A DNA stretch of 64,000 nucleotides from Candidatus Bathyarchaeum tardum (GCA_024650005.2 CP122380.1:224001-288000); one strand, 5' to 3'; counted from the first letter of the stretch, positions 10,091 to 21,243 are shown. Made by a program: numbers and translations. Notes: generated from the sequence alone by a model not told the origin.

Positions 10091-10966
10091 CTATTTGGTT
10101 GACAATGCCTCCACGATCAGTGGTGCAAGGGATACTTGTCTAACTGTGCTGGGGATGCTGTCTGTGCCCACGATTTCTTCGGCTCCGCTTTCTATAATCT
10201 TGGTTTTTGCTTCCCCAATAAGTAACGGGTGAACACAAGCAGCGAAGACTCTTCGTGCGCCTTGGCTTTTGAGCATCTTTATCGCTCGGGCTATTGTTCC
10301 ACCTGTGCTGATTATGTCGTCAAAAACGATTACATCTTTGCCTTTCACGTTGAGGCACTTTTCTTCAACCTGAATCTCACCAGTATAACGGTCACGTTCC
10401 TTTCGTAACCACCCACAACCTCCACCAAGAACCTTGTCTGCCTCTTCAGCTAACTTGATGGCACCCTTATCAGGGGACAATGCAAAAGCACCATCTAGTC
10501 CTTTGTTTTTGAAGTCTTGGGCTAACAAAGTTATGGCTGAAAGATTCATTGTGGGAATTGAGAACCAGTTCAGACTGTTTTTGGCATGAATGTTAACTGT
10601 AACAAACTTGTCGATGTTACATGCTTCCAGTAGTTTTACTAATGTTTGGCTGCTGATTGCTTCCCCTGCCAAGAAACGTTTGTCTTGTCTGGCAAAGGCC
10701 AAATACGGAACAACTGCGGTTACTTTTTTTGCTCCCAAGTCTTTAGCTGCATCTAGGGTCAACAACAATTGCATAACGTTTTTGTCTTGAGGTTGCCCAG
10801 TGGTCTGAACTACAATAACCTCTTCATCTGTCAAGTCACCATCAAAACGTAACGAATACTCTCCGTCAGGAAACCCTTTGACGTTAACATTAACGATTTC
10901 TGCATTTAGGTCTTCAGCAACTTTTTTGCCCAAATTTTGAGCACTTGGACCTGGAACAACTATCAT
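10091..10966 (-). CDS. prs: Ribose-phosphate pyrophosphokinase
   Basis: FPDGE, PYLAFARQD, PDKGA and VFDDIISTGGT motifs. Confidence 0.96.
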   Translation of the reverse strand: MIVVPGPSAQNLGKKVAEDLNAEIVNVNVKGFPDGEYSLRFDGDLTDEEVIVVQTTGQPQDKNVMQLLLTLDAAKDLGAKKVTAVVPYLAFARQDKRFLAGEAISSQTLVKLLEACNIDKFVTVNIHAKNSLNWFSIPTMNLSAITLLAQDFKNKGLDGAFALSPDKGAIKLAEEADKVLGGGCGWLRKERDRYTGEIQVEEKCLNVKGKDVIVFDDIISTGGTIARAIKMLKSQGARRVFAACVHPLLIGEAKTKIIESGAEEIVGTDSIPSTVRQVSLAPLIVEALSTK

Positions 10967-12243
10967 AGTTTTCCCTTCTGTTTGTATTCTTCTATGAGCT
11001 CTTTGGCTCGGCTCATTCGAACTTGTTTTTCTTCAACCATGCGCTCCACTACCATTTCAACCAATTTTCCTGACGCTCCCGCGGTGATAGCCAAGTTACG
11101 AGCATGCAAACCCATGTGTCCTCTTTGGATTCCTTCATTAACTAAGGCACGTAGCGCTGCAAGATTTTGAGCTAAACCTACGGCTGCACATACTTCTCCA
11201 AGTTCATTGGCTGTTTTCACTCCTAAAATTTTCAAGGCAATTTTAGCAGTTGGGTGAACTTTCGTGGCTCCACCAATTATTCCTATGGCCATTGGCAGTT
11301 CAATTGAGCCTACCAAGTCCCCGTCACTGTTTTTCTCCCAGTGAGACAAAGTAGTATACTCCCCGTTTCTGATCGCATAAGCGTGGGCTCCTGCTTCGAT
11401 TGCTCGGTGGTCGTTTCCTGTTGCTGAAACAACTGCAATTATGCCGTTCATTATGCCTTTGTTGTTGGTTGATGCCCTAAAGGGGTCAACTACACCAAAA
11501 TTGTACGCTTGAACAATGCCATCAACAACATCTTCACCGCCAACAGCTTCTTTATCTATTATTACCCATGCCCGAGCTAACCGTTTAACTGCAAGATTAG
11601 AAAGTATTCGCAGGTAGACTCGACCGCCTGTTATTCTTTCTATCACGGGGGCGATGGCTTCAGTCATAGTGTTTACGGCGTTGGCACCCATTGCATCCCG
11701 ACAATCAACATAAAGTTCGGTAATTACCATGGGACCAGTTTTTGTGTCAATTACCTTAACTTGTAAATCTTTAGCTCCACCGCCAACAGAAAGAAGCATG
11801 GAGTCTTGATCGTTTGCTTTTTTGAGAATCTCTTGTTTGGCTGACAGTATCTTCATTTTTGCTCCAAAAGGTTCTTTGATGTTTACTGCTTGGATTTGCC
11901 CAATCATTATTGGGTCAGTGCTACTTGTGAAAAACCCACCTTTTTTTCCTGCCATTTTAGCGCCATAAGACGCTGCTGCAACAACTGAAGGTTCCTCTGT
12001 TACCATGGGTATCATGTATTCTTTGTTGTTAACAACAAAATTCATGGCAATTCCCAGAGGCAATGGAAATGTTCCTACAACATTTTCTATCATTACTTCT
12101 GCGAGTTCCATTTTCAAGGCACCTGTGGTCTGTAATAGTTGAACTTCTTCATCGGTTAGCCCTGCAAACTCTTTAACATGCTGCATTCGTTCTTGAGGTG
12201 TTAATTTGTAAAACCCTGGAATTTGAGACTTTTTCATTATCAT
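10963..12243 (-). CDS. mvaA: HMG-CoA reductase, class II
   Basis: ENVVG, EEPSVVAA, DAMGAN, NKGIMNG, TGNDHRAIEA and GIQRGHMGLH class II motifs. Confidence 0.93.
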   Translation of the reverse strand: MIMKKSQIPGFYKLTPQERMQHVKEFAGLTDEEVQLLQTTGALKMELAEVMIENVVGTFPLPLGIAMNFVVNNKEYMIPMVTEEPSVVAAASYGAKMAGKKGGFFTSSTDPIMIGQIQAVNIKEPFGAKMKILSAKQEILKKANDQDSMLLSVGGGAKDLQVKVIDTKTGPMVITELYVDCRDAMGANAVNTMTEAIAPVIERITGGRVYLRILSNLAVKRLARAWVIIDKEAVGGEDVVDGIVQAYNFGVVDPFRASTNNKGIMNGIIAVVSATGNDHRAIEAGAHAYAIRNGEYTTLSHWEKNSDGDLVGSIELPMAIGIIGGATKVHPTAKIALKILGVKTANELGEVCAAVGLAQNLAALRALVNEGIQRGHMGLHARNLAITAGASGKLVEMVVERMVEEKQVRMSRAKELIEEYKQKGKL

Positions 12244-12307
12244 GCCTCTGATAAACTCAGTTTACTTTTAACGGAATCGCATATGAATCTATCTGAGCAC
12301 CCGGTAT

Positions 12308-13213
12308 TCACGTTCTTTCAATGCAAGAAATGTAATATACAATATCGTTAGTGAATTTCCCCCAATTATTTGCGATTTTTCTGACTTGAGTCTCTGTAAG
12401 CAATTTATTGTCTGAATAAAAGTTTGAAACTGTCCGCCGAACCCCAAGATCTCCAGCAGGAATAGCAGTACTTCTTTTCAAACCCGCAAACAAAACCATC
12501 TCAGCAGTCCATGTTCCTACGCCGTGAAAGTGTTTTAATGCTTCAGTTACTTCAGCGTTTGAAAGCAAAACTAAACCTTCGGCATCAAACTTGTTGTTAG
12601 TTACTTGCTGAGCTATTTCTTTAATACACTGAGCTTTGCGCCAACTCACTCCACATTTTCTGATTTCTTGAAGGCTTATTTTAGTAAACTTTTCTGGCGT
12701 TGGAAAATCGTAGTAAATTAGGTCATTTACTTTAATGCTGTCTCCGAATCGGGTTACCATCTTGTTAGTAATAGAATAAGCAACTTTGATTGAAATTTGC
12801 TGCTGAATTATCGACTTAATGAAACATTCAAAAACAGTAATCCCAAAACCTGCAGCTTTCAAACCCACAAACTGATTTTTCAAGTCAGCAATTTCCTTGT
12901 TTTGTTCCATAAACTTGTAAAGTTCAGTTAAGTCTTGACTAAACGAAAAAATGTTATCCAGTTTCTCTGTCAAATCCTGTTTTTCTTTCGCATCTAATTT
13001 TTCACCAAAATATTGCAGCTCAATTTTTGGGTCTTGAATTGTACCTTTTGACAGTAATGATACTGGAACAAGTTTTCCTGAATCTAACTTTACGGCACGT
13101 CTCCAAATGCTTTCATTGTAGACTTCTGGCATAGGTTTTTGGTATCCAAATACTCTGCAGTTCAGATCGAAATCGAAGGGTGCCTTCGGATAAATGAAAA
13201 AATTTTGAAACAT
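12308..13213 (-). CDS. alkA: DNA-3-methyladenine glycosylase (AlkA, HhH-GPD)
   Basis: IIQQQIS, FPTPE, GVGTWTAEM and DLGVR motifs. Confidence 0.88.
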   Translation of the reverse strand: MFQNFFIYPKAPFDFDLNCRVFGYQKPMPEVYNESIWRRAVKLDSGKLVPVSLLSKGTIQDPKIELQYFGEKLDAKEKQDLTEKLDNIFSFSQDLTELYKFMEQNKEIADLKNQFVGLKAAGFGITVFECFIKSIIQQQISIKVAYSITNKMVTRFGDSIKVNDLIYYDFPTPEKFTKISLQEIRKCGVSWRKAQCIKEIAQQVTNNKFDAEGLVLLSNAEVTEALKHFHGVGTWTAEMVLFAGLKRSTAIPAGDLGVRRTVSNFYSDNKLLTETQVRKIANNWGKFTNDIVYYISCIERT

Positions 13214-13246
13214 CAGATATGTTTCCTCAATTATTTGAATAGTTAA

Positions 13247-13501
13247 TTATTCACTCCATGCTTGGTTAGAGAATTCGATTGCATGCAAAATTTTTTGTTT
13301 GAAATCTGAATCTTCACATTCGAAGGAGTACATTACAAATCCATCAAAGGCGAAAAAGTACATTCTGCCTGTTTGGTAGATTATTTTTGGTTTGGCGATT
13401 TCTACCAGTTCTAAAAACTGTTTTCTTTTGAATTTAACCCGATATGAGCTGGTGTGTTGTGCTGCAATAACTGCCGCTGTGGTTACTCCTGCTGTTGCCA
13501 T
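13247..13501 (-). CDS. Small hypothetical protein
   Basis: 84-aa ORF with a GAGG SD-like element, co-oriented with alkA. Confidence 0.7.
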   Translation of the reverse strand: MATAGVTTAAVIAAQHTSSYRVKFKRKQFLELVEIAKPKIIYQTGRMYFFAFDGFVMYSFECEDSDFKQKILHAIEFSNQAWSE

Positions 13502-13642
13502 TCTTTTTTAACCTCACAAAATATTATTATTCATTTCTGGTATAGTTTTTTCCCTTTTTTTGGATAATTTGACCCGAAACCCTTTTTCCAGCATCTATCT
13601 TTATATATTAACATATGAACATGAACTGAAAAGGCGAGAAGT

Positions 13643-13849
13643 ATGAGATATTGCCCTGAATGTGGTGGCGAACTACATTACGTGTCCCTTACAAAGCGTT
13701 ACGTTTGCAAGAGCTGCGGTCTTTCTCTGACTCCCCAAGAACTTTATGAGTTGCGCGAAAATAATCGACCAACTTACGAAACACCTGAGGAGCAAAAACA
13801 ACAACAGAGAAAGGATTACCTGAAGTGGTACCTCAGCAAGAAAAAATAA
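13643..13849 (+). CDS. Small zinc-ribbon protein
   Basis: CPECG..CKSCG; TTTATATA box upstream. Confidence 0.8.
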   Translation: MRYCPECGGELHYVSLTKRYVCKSCGLSLTPQELYELRENNRPTYETPEEQKQQQRKDYLKWYLSKKK

Positions 13850-13981
13850 GCATTGATAAAACTTAATGTTTTGAAAGAAAACCTAGCATACATGCTTTTT
13901 GGTAGCATTTTTATTCATTAAACAAAGCAGTTATCTTTTCGTTTTCAATTATTACTCAACAGTTTCTAGGTTAGGATCACT

Positions 13982-14809
13982 ATGAATCAATCTGTGGAAA
14001 TAATCTGTGTTGGAAACGAACTTCTTATCGGCAAAACCTTGAATACAAACGCTCAATGGTTAACAAAACGAATCACAACCTTGGGTTTACTCGTCAAACG
14101 GGTTACTGTTGTGGGCGACAACCTTTCTGATATATCAATGGCAATAAAAGAAGCAATCCAACGCAAGCCCTGTTATGTTATAATCACTGGTGGGTTGGGT
14201 CCAACCTTTGATGACATGACCCTAGAAGGACTAGCCAAAGCCTTAAACCGCCAAACCAAAGTTGACGACCAAGCTTTGCAAATGGTTGCAGAAAAATATC
14301 GTATGTACGCAAAAGATGTCAAGATAAATGAAATTGAGTTAACTCCCCATCGTTTAAAGATGGCCAAAATTCCTGTAGGCTCTACAGTTGTTCGTAATCC
14401 AATGGGGACCGCTCCTGCAGTAAAGTTTGAACATAAAAACATTACCATATTTGCCCTTCCCGGGGTGCCCTCTGAAATGAAAGGCATATTTGAAGAATCA
14501 ATTGCTCCGTTACTCAAGAATGCTGGTCAAGGAATGAACTTTTTTGAAACCAGCATAGTTTCTACAAATGTTATGGAGTCAGAAATGGCACCTTTTATTG
14601 ATGTTGCAATGAAAGACAACCCTTATGTTTACATAAAATCTCATCCCAAAGGAACTGAAACCTCATCTTTCATTGAGTTTCATCTTTCCTCCACCGACAA
14701 AGATGCTGATGTTGCCAAAAATCGTGTTAACAAGGCCCTTGCTCATCTCAAAGAACTGATTCAGAAACGAGGTGGAACAATAATAACTACCCTGCCTGAT
14801 GATTTTTAA
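13982..14809 (+). CDS. CinA-like molybdopterin-binding domain protein
   Basis: VGNELLIG, NTNA, VGD, TGGLGPTFDD, GTAP and LPGVPSEM motifs. Confidence 0.9.
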   Translation: MNQSVEIICVGNELLIGKTLNTNAQWLTKRITTLGLLVKRVTVVGDNLSDISMAIKEAIQRKPCYVIITGGLGPTFDDMTLEGLAKALNRQTKVDDQALQMVAEKYRMYAKDVKINEIELTPHRLKMAKIPVGSTVVRNPMGTAPAVKFEHKNITIFALPGVPSEMKGIFEESIAPLLKNAGQGMNFFETSIVSTNVMESEMAPFIDVAMKDNPYVYIKSHPKGTETSSFIEFHLSSTDKDADVAKNRVNKALAHLKELIQKRGGTIITTLPDDF

Positions 14810-14887
14810 CTCTTCGAAACAGACAACAATTATATCCTCTGATGAAAATAAGACCTTCATGTATGTTTAGTGTTGGTTGGTGTTTGA

Positions 14888-15649
14888 GTGGTCATAATTT
14901 TTCTTATTGGAACTGCTGGGTCGGGCAAGTCTCTTCTTACTGCGTCTTTGAATGAATTGCTCAAAGTCCAAAAACAAAAATCAATTACAGTAAACTTGGA
15001 TCCAGGTGTTTCAAACCTGCCCTATAAACCAGATATCGATATCAGAAACAAAATTGACATTAACCAAATCATGGAAGAATACCAACTTGGACCCAACGGC
15101 GCCTTGGTTCTAGCTTCAGACCTTATAGCAGAAGAAGCCGCAACCATCGGAGGTGAAATCGAAGATTTCCAATCAGATGTTGTTCTGGTGGACACCCCTG
15201 GGCAAATGGAGTTGTTTGCTTTTCGAGCAAGTGGACCCTATATTGCAAACGAATTAACATCTGAACAAAAAGCAATCGTGTACCTTTTTGATTCTGTGTT
15301 TTCTTTTAATCCTCTGAATTATGTTTCAAACATGTTCTTGGCCTCTGCAGTGTATAACAGGTTCTTTTTCCCACAGTTGCATGTGCTTTCAAAATGTGAT
15401 CTGTTGCCTCCTGAAGAATCGGAACGGATTGTTGAATGGTCCCTAGACCCAGAAATGCTTGAAACAGTAATCGAAGAAACTCTCGAAGGAACCCGTATGC
15501 TTTTGAGCCGAGACATGGTTCACGTTATTCACCGTTTGGGGCTAGATTTTCAGTTGGTGCCTGTGTCTGCAAGGACTAATTATGGAATAATTGAGCTAAA
15601 CTCTGCGCTGGAACGAATTCTGGTGGGTGGCGAAAAGTTTACTATGTAA
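14888..15649 (+). CDS. GPN-loop GTPase
   Basis: GTAGSGKS, NLDPG, LGPNG and DTPGQMELF motifs. Confidence 0.93.
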   Translation: MVIIFLIGTAGSGKSLLTASLNELLKVQKQKSITVNLDPGVSNLPYKPDIDIRNKIDINQIMEEYQLGPNGALVLASDLIAEEAATIGGEIEDFQSDVVLVDTPGQMELFAFRASGPYIANELTSEQKAIVYLFDSVFSFNPLNYVSNMFLASAVYNRFFFPQLHVLSKCDLLPPEESERIVEWSLDPEMLETVIEETLEGTRMLLSRDMVHVIHRLGLDFQLVPVSARTNYGIIELNSALERILVGGEKFTM

Positions 15650-15842
15650 CTTTCTATTTCGTAAAGTTCTGAAAGATTAAAATATGGTGAACATAAAATA
15701 ATTGCATCAAACCTTTGGAACTAGATTTTTTATTTTTTATTGGTATATAATAAGATTTGTGTTTTTTTGTGTATTTAAATCATACATGTGTTAAACATTT
15801 ATGCATAATGTTTATATTTCACACTATTATGAATTTGTAACT

Positions 15843-16328
15843 ATGATGAAAAAAAGAATGCTCAGACTCTTGTTTGAGCTTATGAAAAACGCTAAACGAA
15901 GCGACAGGGAAATCGCAAAAATCATCGGAGTCTCCCAGCCAACCATTACACGAATGCGACAACGGCTCGAAAAAAAAGCCATAGTCGATTACACCGTAAT
16001 TCCCGATTGGACCGAATTGGGTTTTGAAATCATGGCAATGACCTTGGTCAAAGCCAAAGGCTCAGTTGAAGTAACTGAAAAAGCAAAGAAATGGGCTATG
16101 GAAAACGCTAACGTTGTTTTCGCAGCAAGCGGTGAAGGCTTTGGAATGGATTTCTCGGTTTTGTCTTTCCACCGTAACTATTCCGGATACTCCAAATTCG
16201 TTGACGAACTAAAAGCACAACTCGCAGACAACATCCAAGACGTACAAAGCTTCCTGATGGCAACTGACAAAGAACGCACCCTAAAACCCCTCTCCCTCAA
16301 ATACCTTGAAAAAGCAGCAGAAGAATAA
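15843..16328 (+). CDS. Lrp/AsnC family transcriptional regulator
   Basis: SDREIAKIIGVSQPTITR HTH followed by a RAM-like domain. Confidence 0.88.
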   Translation: MMKKRMLRLLFELMKNAKRSDREIAKIIGVSQPTITRMRQRLEKKAIVDYTVIPDWTELGFEIMAMTLVKAKGSVEVTEKAKKWAMENANVVFAASGEGFGMDFSVLSFHRNYSGYSKFVDELKAQLADNIQDVQSFLMATDKERTLKPLSLKYLEKAAEE

Positions 16329-16333
16329 GACTA

Positions 16334-16380
16334 AACAACGCACAAAGGCGTTGTTAACGTCCATTTTTTTCTTTTTTTAG
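16334..16380 (+). terminator. Hairpin plus U-tract terminator candidate
   Basis: AACAACGC-N6-GCGTTGTT followed by T runs directly after the Lrp gene. Confidence 0.5.
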
Positions 16381-16634
16381 AACTTTTCTTATGCTTCTGA
16401 TTTTTCAGAAAAAAGCTTGTTTTGGAAGTTTAACCTCCGGAAAAATTAAAAATCATATTAAAATTTGAGATTACGGGAATTTAATTTTTCACCGAAGTTA
16501 TTCTTGGAAAATAAAACTGTTCTATAATGTGAAAATAACTGATTACCTGGTAGATTACAAAACTATAATACTGAATCGACTAACTTAAATTAATAAAAAA
16601 CAGTATTTGTATAAAACACCCGAAATGTGGTTCA

Positions 16635-19600
16635 ATGTCACAATTTAATGAAATATTATCTGATAAAATAAAGTATTGGAAATGTCGGTTAATTGACTTG
16701 TCTCGTCGAAATAACCTAATTTCTTATCGTTTCACTAAATCAAAAAGCGTTTTAGTTTCTGCTCCAAACATATCTGGTGTATTTGATGCAATCGATGAAA
16801 ATAATGTAATCCTTTTTCAAAAAACTGATGATGTTGAGGATCAAACTAAAGGTTGGATTTCGTCTGAGGATGATTCAACAACTAATAAAAAACTATACAA
16901 CATCTATTTAAAAGCACGAGAAAACTTTCAGGAATTAGGTGTTAATACCTGCTTTTTGGGAATAGGATTTTTAGAATACAAAGATAGTGAATGGTCTACA
17001 GATTTAATTAAAGCACCATTAATTTTAATGCCTGTAGAAATTGAGCGAACAAAAAAAGTTTCAAAGTTTTACCATAAATTTGATATTTTCTCAGAACCGG
17101 ATGATTTTCAACTAAATCCTTCTTTAAAAGAAAAATTAGCGGCAGAGTATGGAATAAACTTAGAAGAAATTGAAGAAGGTACAGACATTTACGAATATCT
17201 AGATCAACTAAAACAGATTATTAGCCAACATGAAAACTGGAAGTTTCTTGAAGAAGTAGTTCTAGATATTTTCACCTACCAGAAATACATTATGTATAAC
17301 GACCTTGAATTAAATGACGAAAACATCAAAGAAAACCCATTAATTCGAGCGTTTGTAGGAGACAGAAATGCATTACTGGGCGATTATTCCGAAATACTTC
17401 GGGAAGAATTTAATGATGTTACTGATGTTGATGTGTTCAGTGCAGATTCTTCTCAAAAACGTGCAATTGAATTGGCTAAAGCAGGTGCAACATTTGTTCT
17501 CCAGGGACCGCCAGGAACAGGAAAAAGTCAAACAATATGCAACATAATTGCTGCATTAATTGAAAAAAAGAAGAAAGTTCTCTTTGTTAGCCAAAAAATG
17601 GCTGCATTAGATGTTGTTTTAAATAGATTGAAAGAAAAAGGCTTGGACAGGTATTGTCTTAATCTGCACGCTTATAGAGGAAATAAAAAGCAGATCATTG
17701 CTCAATTAATGGATCAGCTAGAAAATTCTCCAATAATCAAAGATTATGCAAAACAATATTCATTTTCAAGTTATCTAAAAGCTCAATCAAAAATTAATGA
17801 TTACTACAAAAATCTATGTGAAAAAAGGGTTCTGCGAAAGCTTTCCTTATTTGATGTACGTGGAAAACTTGCAAAACTAGAAGATACTCATAACCTGAAT
17901 GCTCAACTTTCAAATACACTTAACATTAATGATGAGGAATTTTTGAATCTTATCGATAATATGGAAAAGTTAGATATCATCCTAGATTCAGTTGTAGATC
18001 CTCTAAATAATCTGTACCGTTACTATAAACCAATTTTTAATACTACATATCAGCGGGCCAATCTAAAAAATGATCTTAACAATATGTTAACCTCTTTTGA
18101 AATATTATTCAACTATGTAAACTCATTGCCCATCATGAATGATGAGAATAAACCAAATACTTTCAAAGAAATGGATTTGTTTATAGAAAATCATGAAAAA
18201 ATAAACGCTTTAAAAATTCCAATCGAATTGTTATCCGACAACTTTTTCACATACCATAAATTGTTGAAAGAGATCTTTCCAATTTTTGAGAGAATCAATG
18301 AAATTAAAAGTGAAATTACATCACAGGTATCTGAAAAATTTCTTGAAATGGATACATCTGAACATCAAATTTTGCTCACAGAAACAGGCTTATTTGGCAA
18401 ACTTTTCAGCTCAAAATATAAAACTGCAAAAAAAGAACTTGATGAATTAGCGAATACACCCTTAGAAAAAAACAATTGGTTAAAGTTATTTGATAAAAAA
18501 GCCAAATTCATGGAAAACGTGGATTCATTTAATTCAATAATTCAAACAAATATTACTGTTTTTCAAAAACTAAAAATTATCGACAATCATGAAATAATTC
18601 CTGTTTTGCTTGAACTTACAACTAAAATATTAAAAATTATTGATCAATTTGATTTAGACCAGCAAACTTCACTGAATATTATACAATTTATGAAAACTAA
18701 TTCGTGCATATTTACTGAATATTTAGAGATTAAAAATAGCTTGAAGATTTTGGAGGATTATTTTGAAAATCTGAAACTTGTTGATTATGGATTCGATCAA
18801 ATTCCAGAAATTATTAAGAAATTGATTAAAGATCACGATAAAATAGACTATATCCTGTTATTTTACAAAACATTCAATGAATTGTCTACTGAATTAATGA
18901 CATTCGTGAAATTATATCTTGAAAATAGAAAAGTAGGTTCCCTGCAAAAATGTTTTGAAAAAACATATTATCTCCAATTACTTGACAAAATAGAGCGTTC
19001 AGATAGAATTTTTTCACCCAAATTACAGATTGAACAATTTAGAAACAAAGATGTTGAAACACGTAACATAAAACGATTCAAAATAATGAACACTATTGAG
19101 TCATCTCAGCCTTCGTATACTTATGACAGCTGTAGCAATAGTGAGGTTCAAATATTAAAGCGTGAAAACAGAAAGAAAAGAAGAGTAAAACCTATTCGAA
19201 AGCTATTACAAGACATCCCAAATCTAACTTTTTCATTAACACCTTGTTTTATGATGAGCCCTCTGACCGTTAGTCAGTACTTAGATTATCCTCACATACA
19301 TTTTGATGTGGTAATCTTTGATGAAGCATCACAAATAATGCCTGAAGATGCAATTCCTTGTTTTCTTAGAGCAGATCAGGCAATAATAATGGGTGACACC
19401 GAACAATTGCCACCCACCAGTTTTTTCAATCGGGGTCTTGATGATGAAGACTTTGATGAAGACATAGTGGATCTTGAAAGTCTATTATCTGAAGCAAGTA
19501 TAAAATTCCGAGAAAGCTCCTTGAATTGGCACTACAGAAGCAAAAATGAAAACCTCATTGCTTTTTCAAATTACTGCTTTTATAAAAACAGATTAATTAC

Positions 19601-21146
19601 ATTTCCAAATTCAAAGCAAGATGCAGAAACAGGGATAGATTTTGTATTTGTTAAAAATGGCGTATATGATAGAGGAAAATCAAGAACAAACAGAAAAGAA
19701 GCAAAAAACGTGGTTAGCACATACAAAAAATTAAAGAAAGAAAATCCCTCCAAAACCTTTGGAATAATTGCCTTCAGCAGACAACAGGAAAGAGCAATTA
19801 GAGATGCTTTTCTACTAAAAAACATTGACATTGACAACTCAATAGACGATATGGACGAGCCTTTGTTCATAAAAAATCTTGAAACTGTTCAAGGGGACGA
19901 ACGAGACATTATAATCATAAGCGTCGGTTATGGACCTGATGAAAAAGGCAAATTTAGTTATAACTTTGGACCTCTAAATAAAGAAGGGGGATACAAACGG
20001 CTAAATGTTGCAGTAACACGATCAAGGTACAAAACAATAATTATTTCCTCAATTGATCCTCAATTCCTTGATGAAGACAAAATCAATGTAGATGGCGTAC
20101 GATATCTGAAAAACTATCTAAGTTTTGCAAAAACTTCACAAATGCCTGAACTTACAAAAACCATTGAGGGCATAGAATTTGATTCTGATTTTGAGGAAGC
20201 TGTATATGACGCACTAAAAAATGAAAATTTTGAACTGATTACACAAATAGGGTGTTCAGGGTACAGAATAGATTTAGGTATCAAAAATCCCGAAAAACCT
20301 GGTGAATATATACTGGGAATAGAATGTGATGGGACCCAATATCATTCATCCAGGTTTGCACGAGATAGAGATAAAATTAGACAAAATGTCTTAGAAAAAT
20401 TAGGTTGGAACATTCATCGAATATGGTCTGAAGATTGGCTCAAAAATAGAGAATTTGAGATACAAAGGATAAAAACAAAAGTTGAGCAATTATCTGTTAC
20501 TCCTATAAAAGAAAGTAAAAAAAAAGAACACTTCGAGAGAGTAGAAACAGTAAATCATTTTAAAGAAGTATGTTTTGATGATATTTTTCCGAAATATACC
20601 GTGAAAGAGCTCCAAAAAATTGATTTTGATCTTGAATGGTCAAGTTCCAGAGGATATTGGTTTTATGACAATAATCTCTTGATATTAGAACGAATGCTTG
20701 ACGTTATTAATATTGAAGCGCCAATGACAAAAACATTGTTATTCCAAAGAGTTAGTAAATCGCTCTCCATTGGAAAAATAGGTAATAGATTGAATAATTA
20801 TTTTGAAATGTTGCTGGAGTTGTTAGAGCGAAAAGAGTATTTGTTTAATAACGGTTCAACTCTTTCAACTAAACCCATAAAGAAATTGGAAAGAATTAGA
20901 ATTTCAAATTCTAAACAACGAAGATTTGAATGCATTCCAATAGAAGAATTAGCTTCAGCCTGCGTTGAATTATTGAAAATAAATGTTAGCATGGAAAAAG
21001 ATGGGTTAATTCAGGATGTAGCTAGAAAATTTTATGGAAATAATAGATGTGGAACTAAAATAGAGAAAAAAATGAATGAAACAATCAGTTATCTAAAGAA
21101 AGAGAAAATTATTATAATTCATGGGAATAACATTAAGCTAAAATAA
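16635..21146 (+). CDS. DUF4011 - SF1 helicase - Vsr-like nuclease - DUF3320-like protein (Hhe-type antiviral defence)
   Basis: W...LIDLSRRNNL (DUF4011); QGPPGTGKSQT, FDEASQ, GDTEQLPP, WHYRS, QGDERD and RLNVAVTR (SF1 helicase); FDSDFE, YRIDLG, IECDG..YH, RDRD..RQ..LE.LGW..HRIWS (nuclease); AT-rich. Confidence 0.9.
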   Translation: MSQFNEILSDKIKYWKCRLIDLSRRNNLISYRFTKSKSVLVSAPNISGVFDAIDENNVILFQKTDDVEDQTKGWISSEDDSTTNKKLYNIYLKARENFQELGVNTCFLGIGFLEYKDSEWSTDLIKAPLILMPVEIERTKKVSKFYHKFDIFSEPDDFQLNPSLKEKLAAEYGINLEEIEEGTDIYEYLDQLKQIISQHENWKFLEEVVLDIFTYQKYIMYNDLELNDENIKENPLIRAFVGDRNALLGDYSEILREEFNDVTDVDVFSADSSQKRAIELAKAGATFVLQGPPGTGKSQTICNIIAALIEKKKKVLFVSQKMAALDVVLNRLKEKGLDRYCLNLHAYRGNKKQIIAQLMDQLENSPIIKDYAKQYSFSSYLKAQSKINDYYKNLCEKRVLRKLSLFDVRGKLAKLEDTHNLNAQLSNTLNINDEEFLNLIDNMEKLDIILDSVVDPLNNLYRYYKPIFNTTYQRANLKNDLNNMLTSFEILFNYVNSLPIMNDENKPNTFKEMDLFIENHEKINALKIPIELLSDNFFTYHKLLKEIFPIFERINEIKSEITSQVSEKFLEMDTSEHQILLTETGLFGKLFSSKYKTAKKELDELANTPLEKNNWLKLFDKKAKFMENVDSFNSIIQTNITVFQKLKIIDNHEIIPVLLELTTKILKIIDQFDLDQQTSLNIIQFMKTNSCIFTEYLEIKNSLKILEDYFENLKLVDYGFDQIPEIIKKLIKDHDKIDYILLFYKTFNELSTELMTFVKLYLENRKVGSLQKCFEKTYYLQLLDKIERSDRIFSPKLQIEQFRNKDVETRNIKRFKIMNTIESSQPSYTYDSCSNSEVQILKRENRKKRRVKPIRKLLQDIPNLTFSLTPCFMMSPLTVSQYLDYPHIHFDVVIFDEASQIMPEDAIPCFLRADQAIIMGDTEQLPPTSFFNRGLDDEDFDEDIVDLESLLSEASIKFRESSLNWHYRSKNENLIAFSNYCFYKNRLITFPNSKQDAETGIDFVFVKNGVYDRGKSRTNRKEAKNVVSTYKKLKKENPSKTFGIIAFSRQQERAIRDAFLLKNIDIDNSIDDMDEPLFIKNLETVQGDERDIIIISVGYGPDEKGKFSYNFGPLNKEGGYKRLNVAVTRSRYKTIIISSIDPQFLDEDKINVDGVRYLKNYLSFAKTSQMPELTKTIEGIEFDSDFEEAVYDALKNENFELITQIGCSGYRIDLGIKNPEKPGEYILGIECDGTQYHSSRFARDRDKIRQNVLEKLGWNIHRIWSEDWLKNREFEIQRIKTKVEQLSVTPIKESKKKEHFERVETVNHFKEVCFDDIFPKYTVKELQKIDFDLEWSSSRGYWFYDNNLLILERMLDVINIEAPMTKTLLFQRVSKSLSIGKIGNRLNNYFEMLLELLERKEYLFNNGSTLSTKPIKKLERIRISNSKQRRFECIPIEELASACVELLKINVSMEKDGLIQDVARKFYGNNRCGTKIEKKMNETISYLKKEKIIIIHGNNIKLK

Positions 21147-21243
21147 TAACAAATTTTTTGATTTTTATTTTCATCATTTATGGTTCGTAAAGCATTAATA
21201 CAACTTATTTACGAAGTTTTCGTTAAAACGAGTTGGGATTAAA

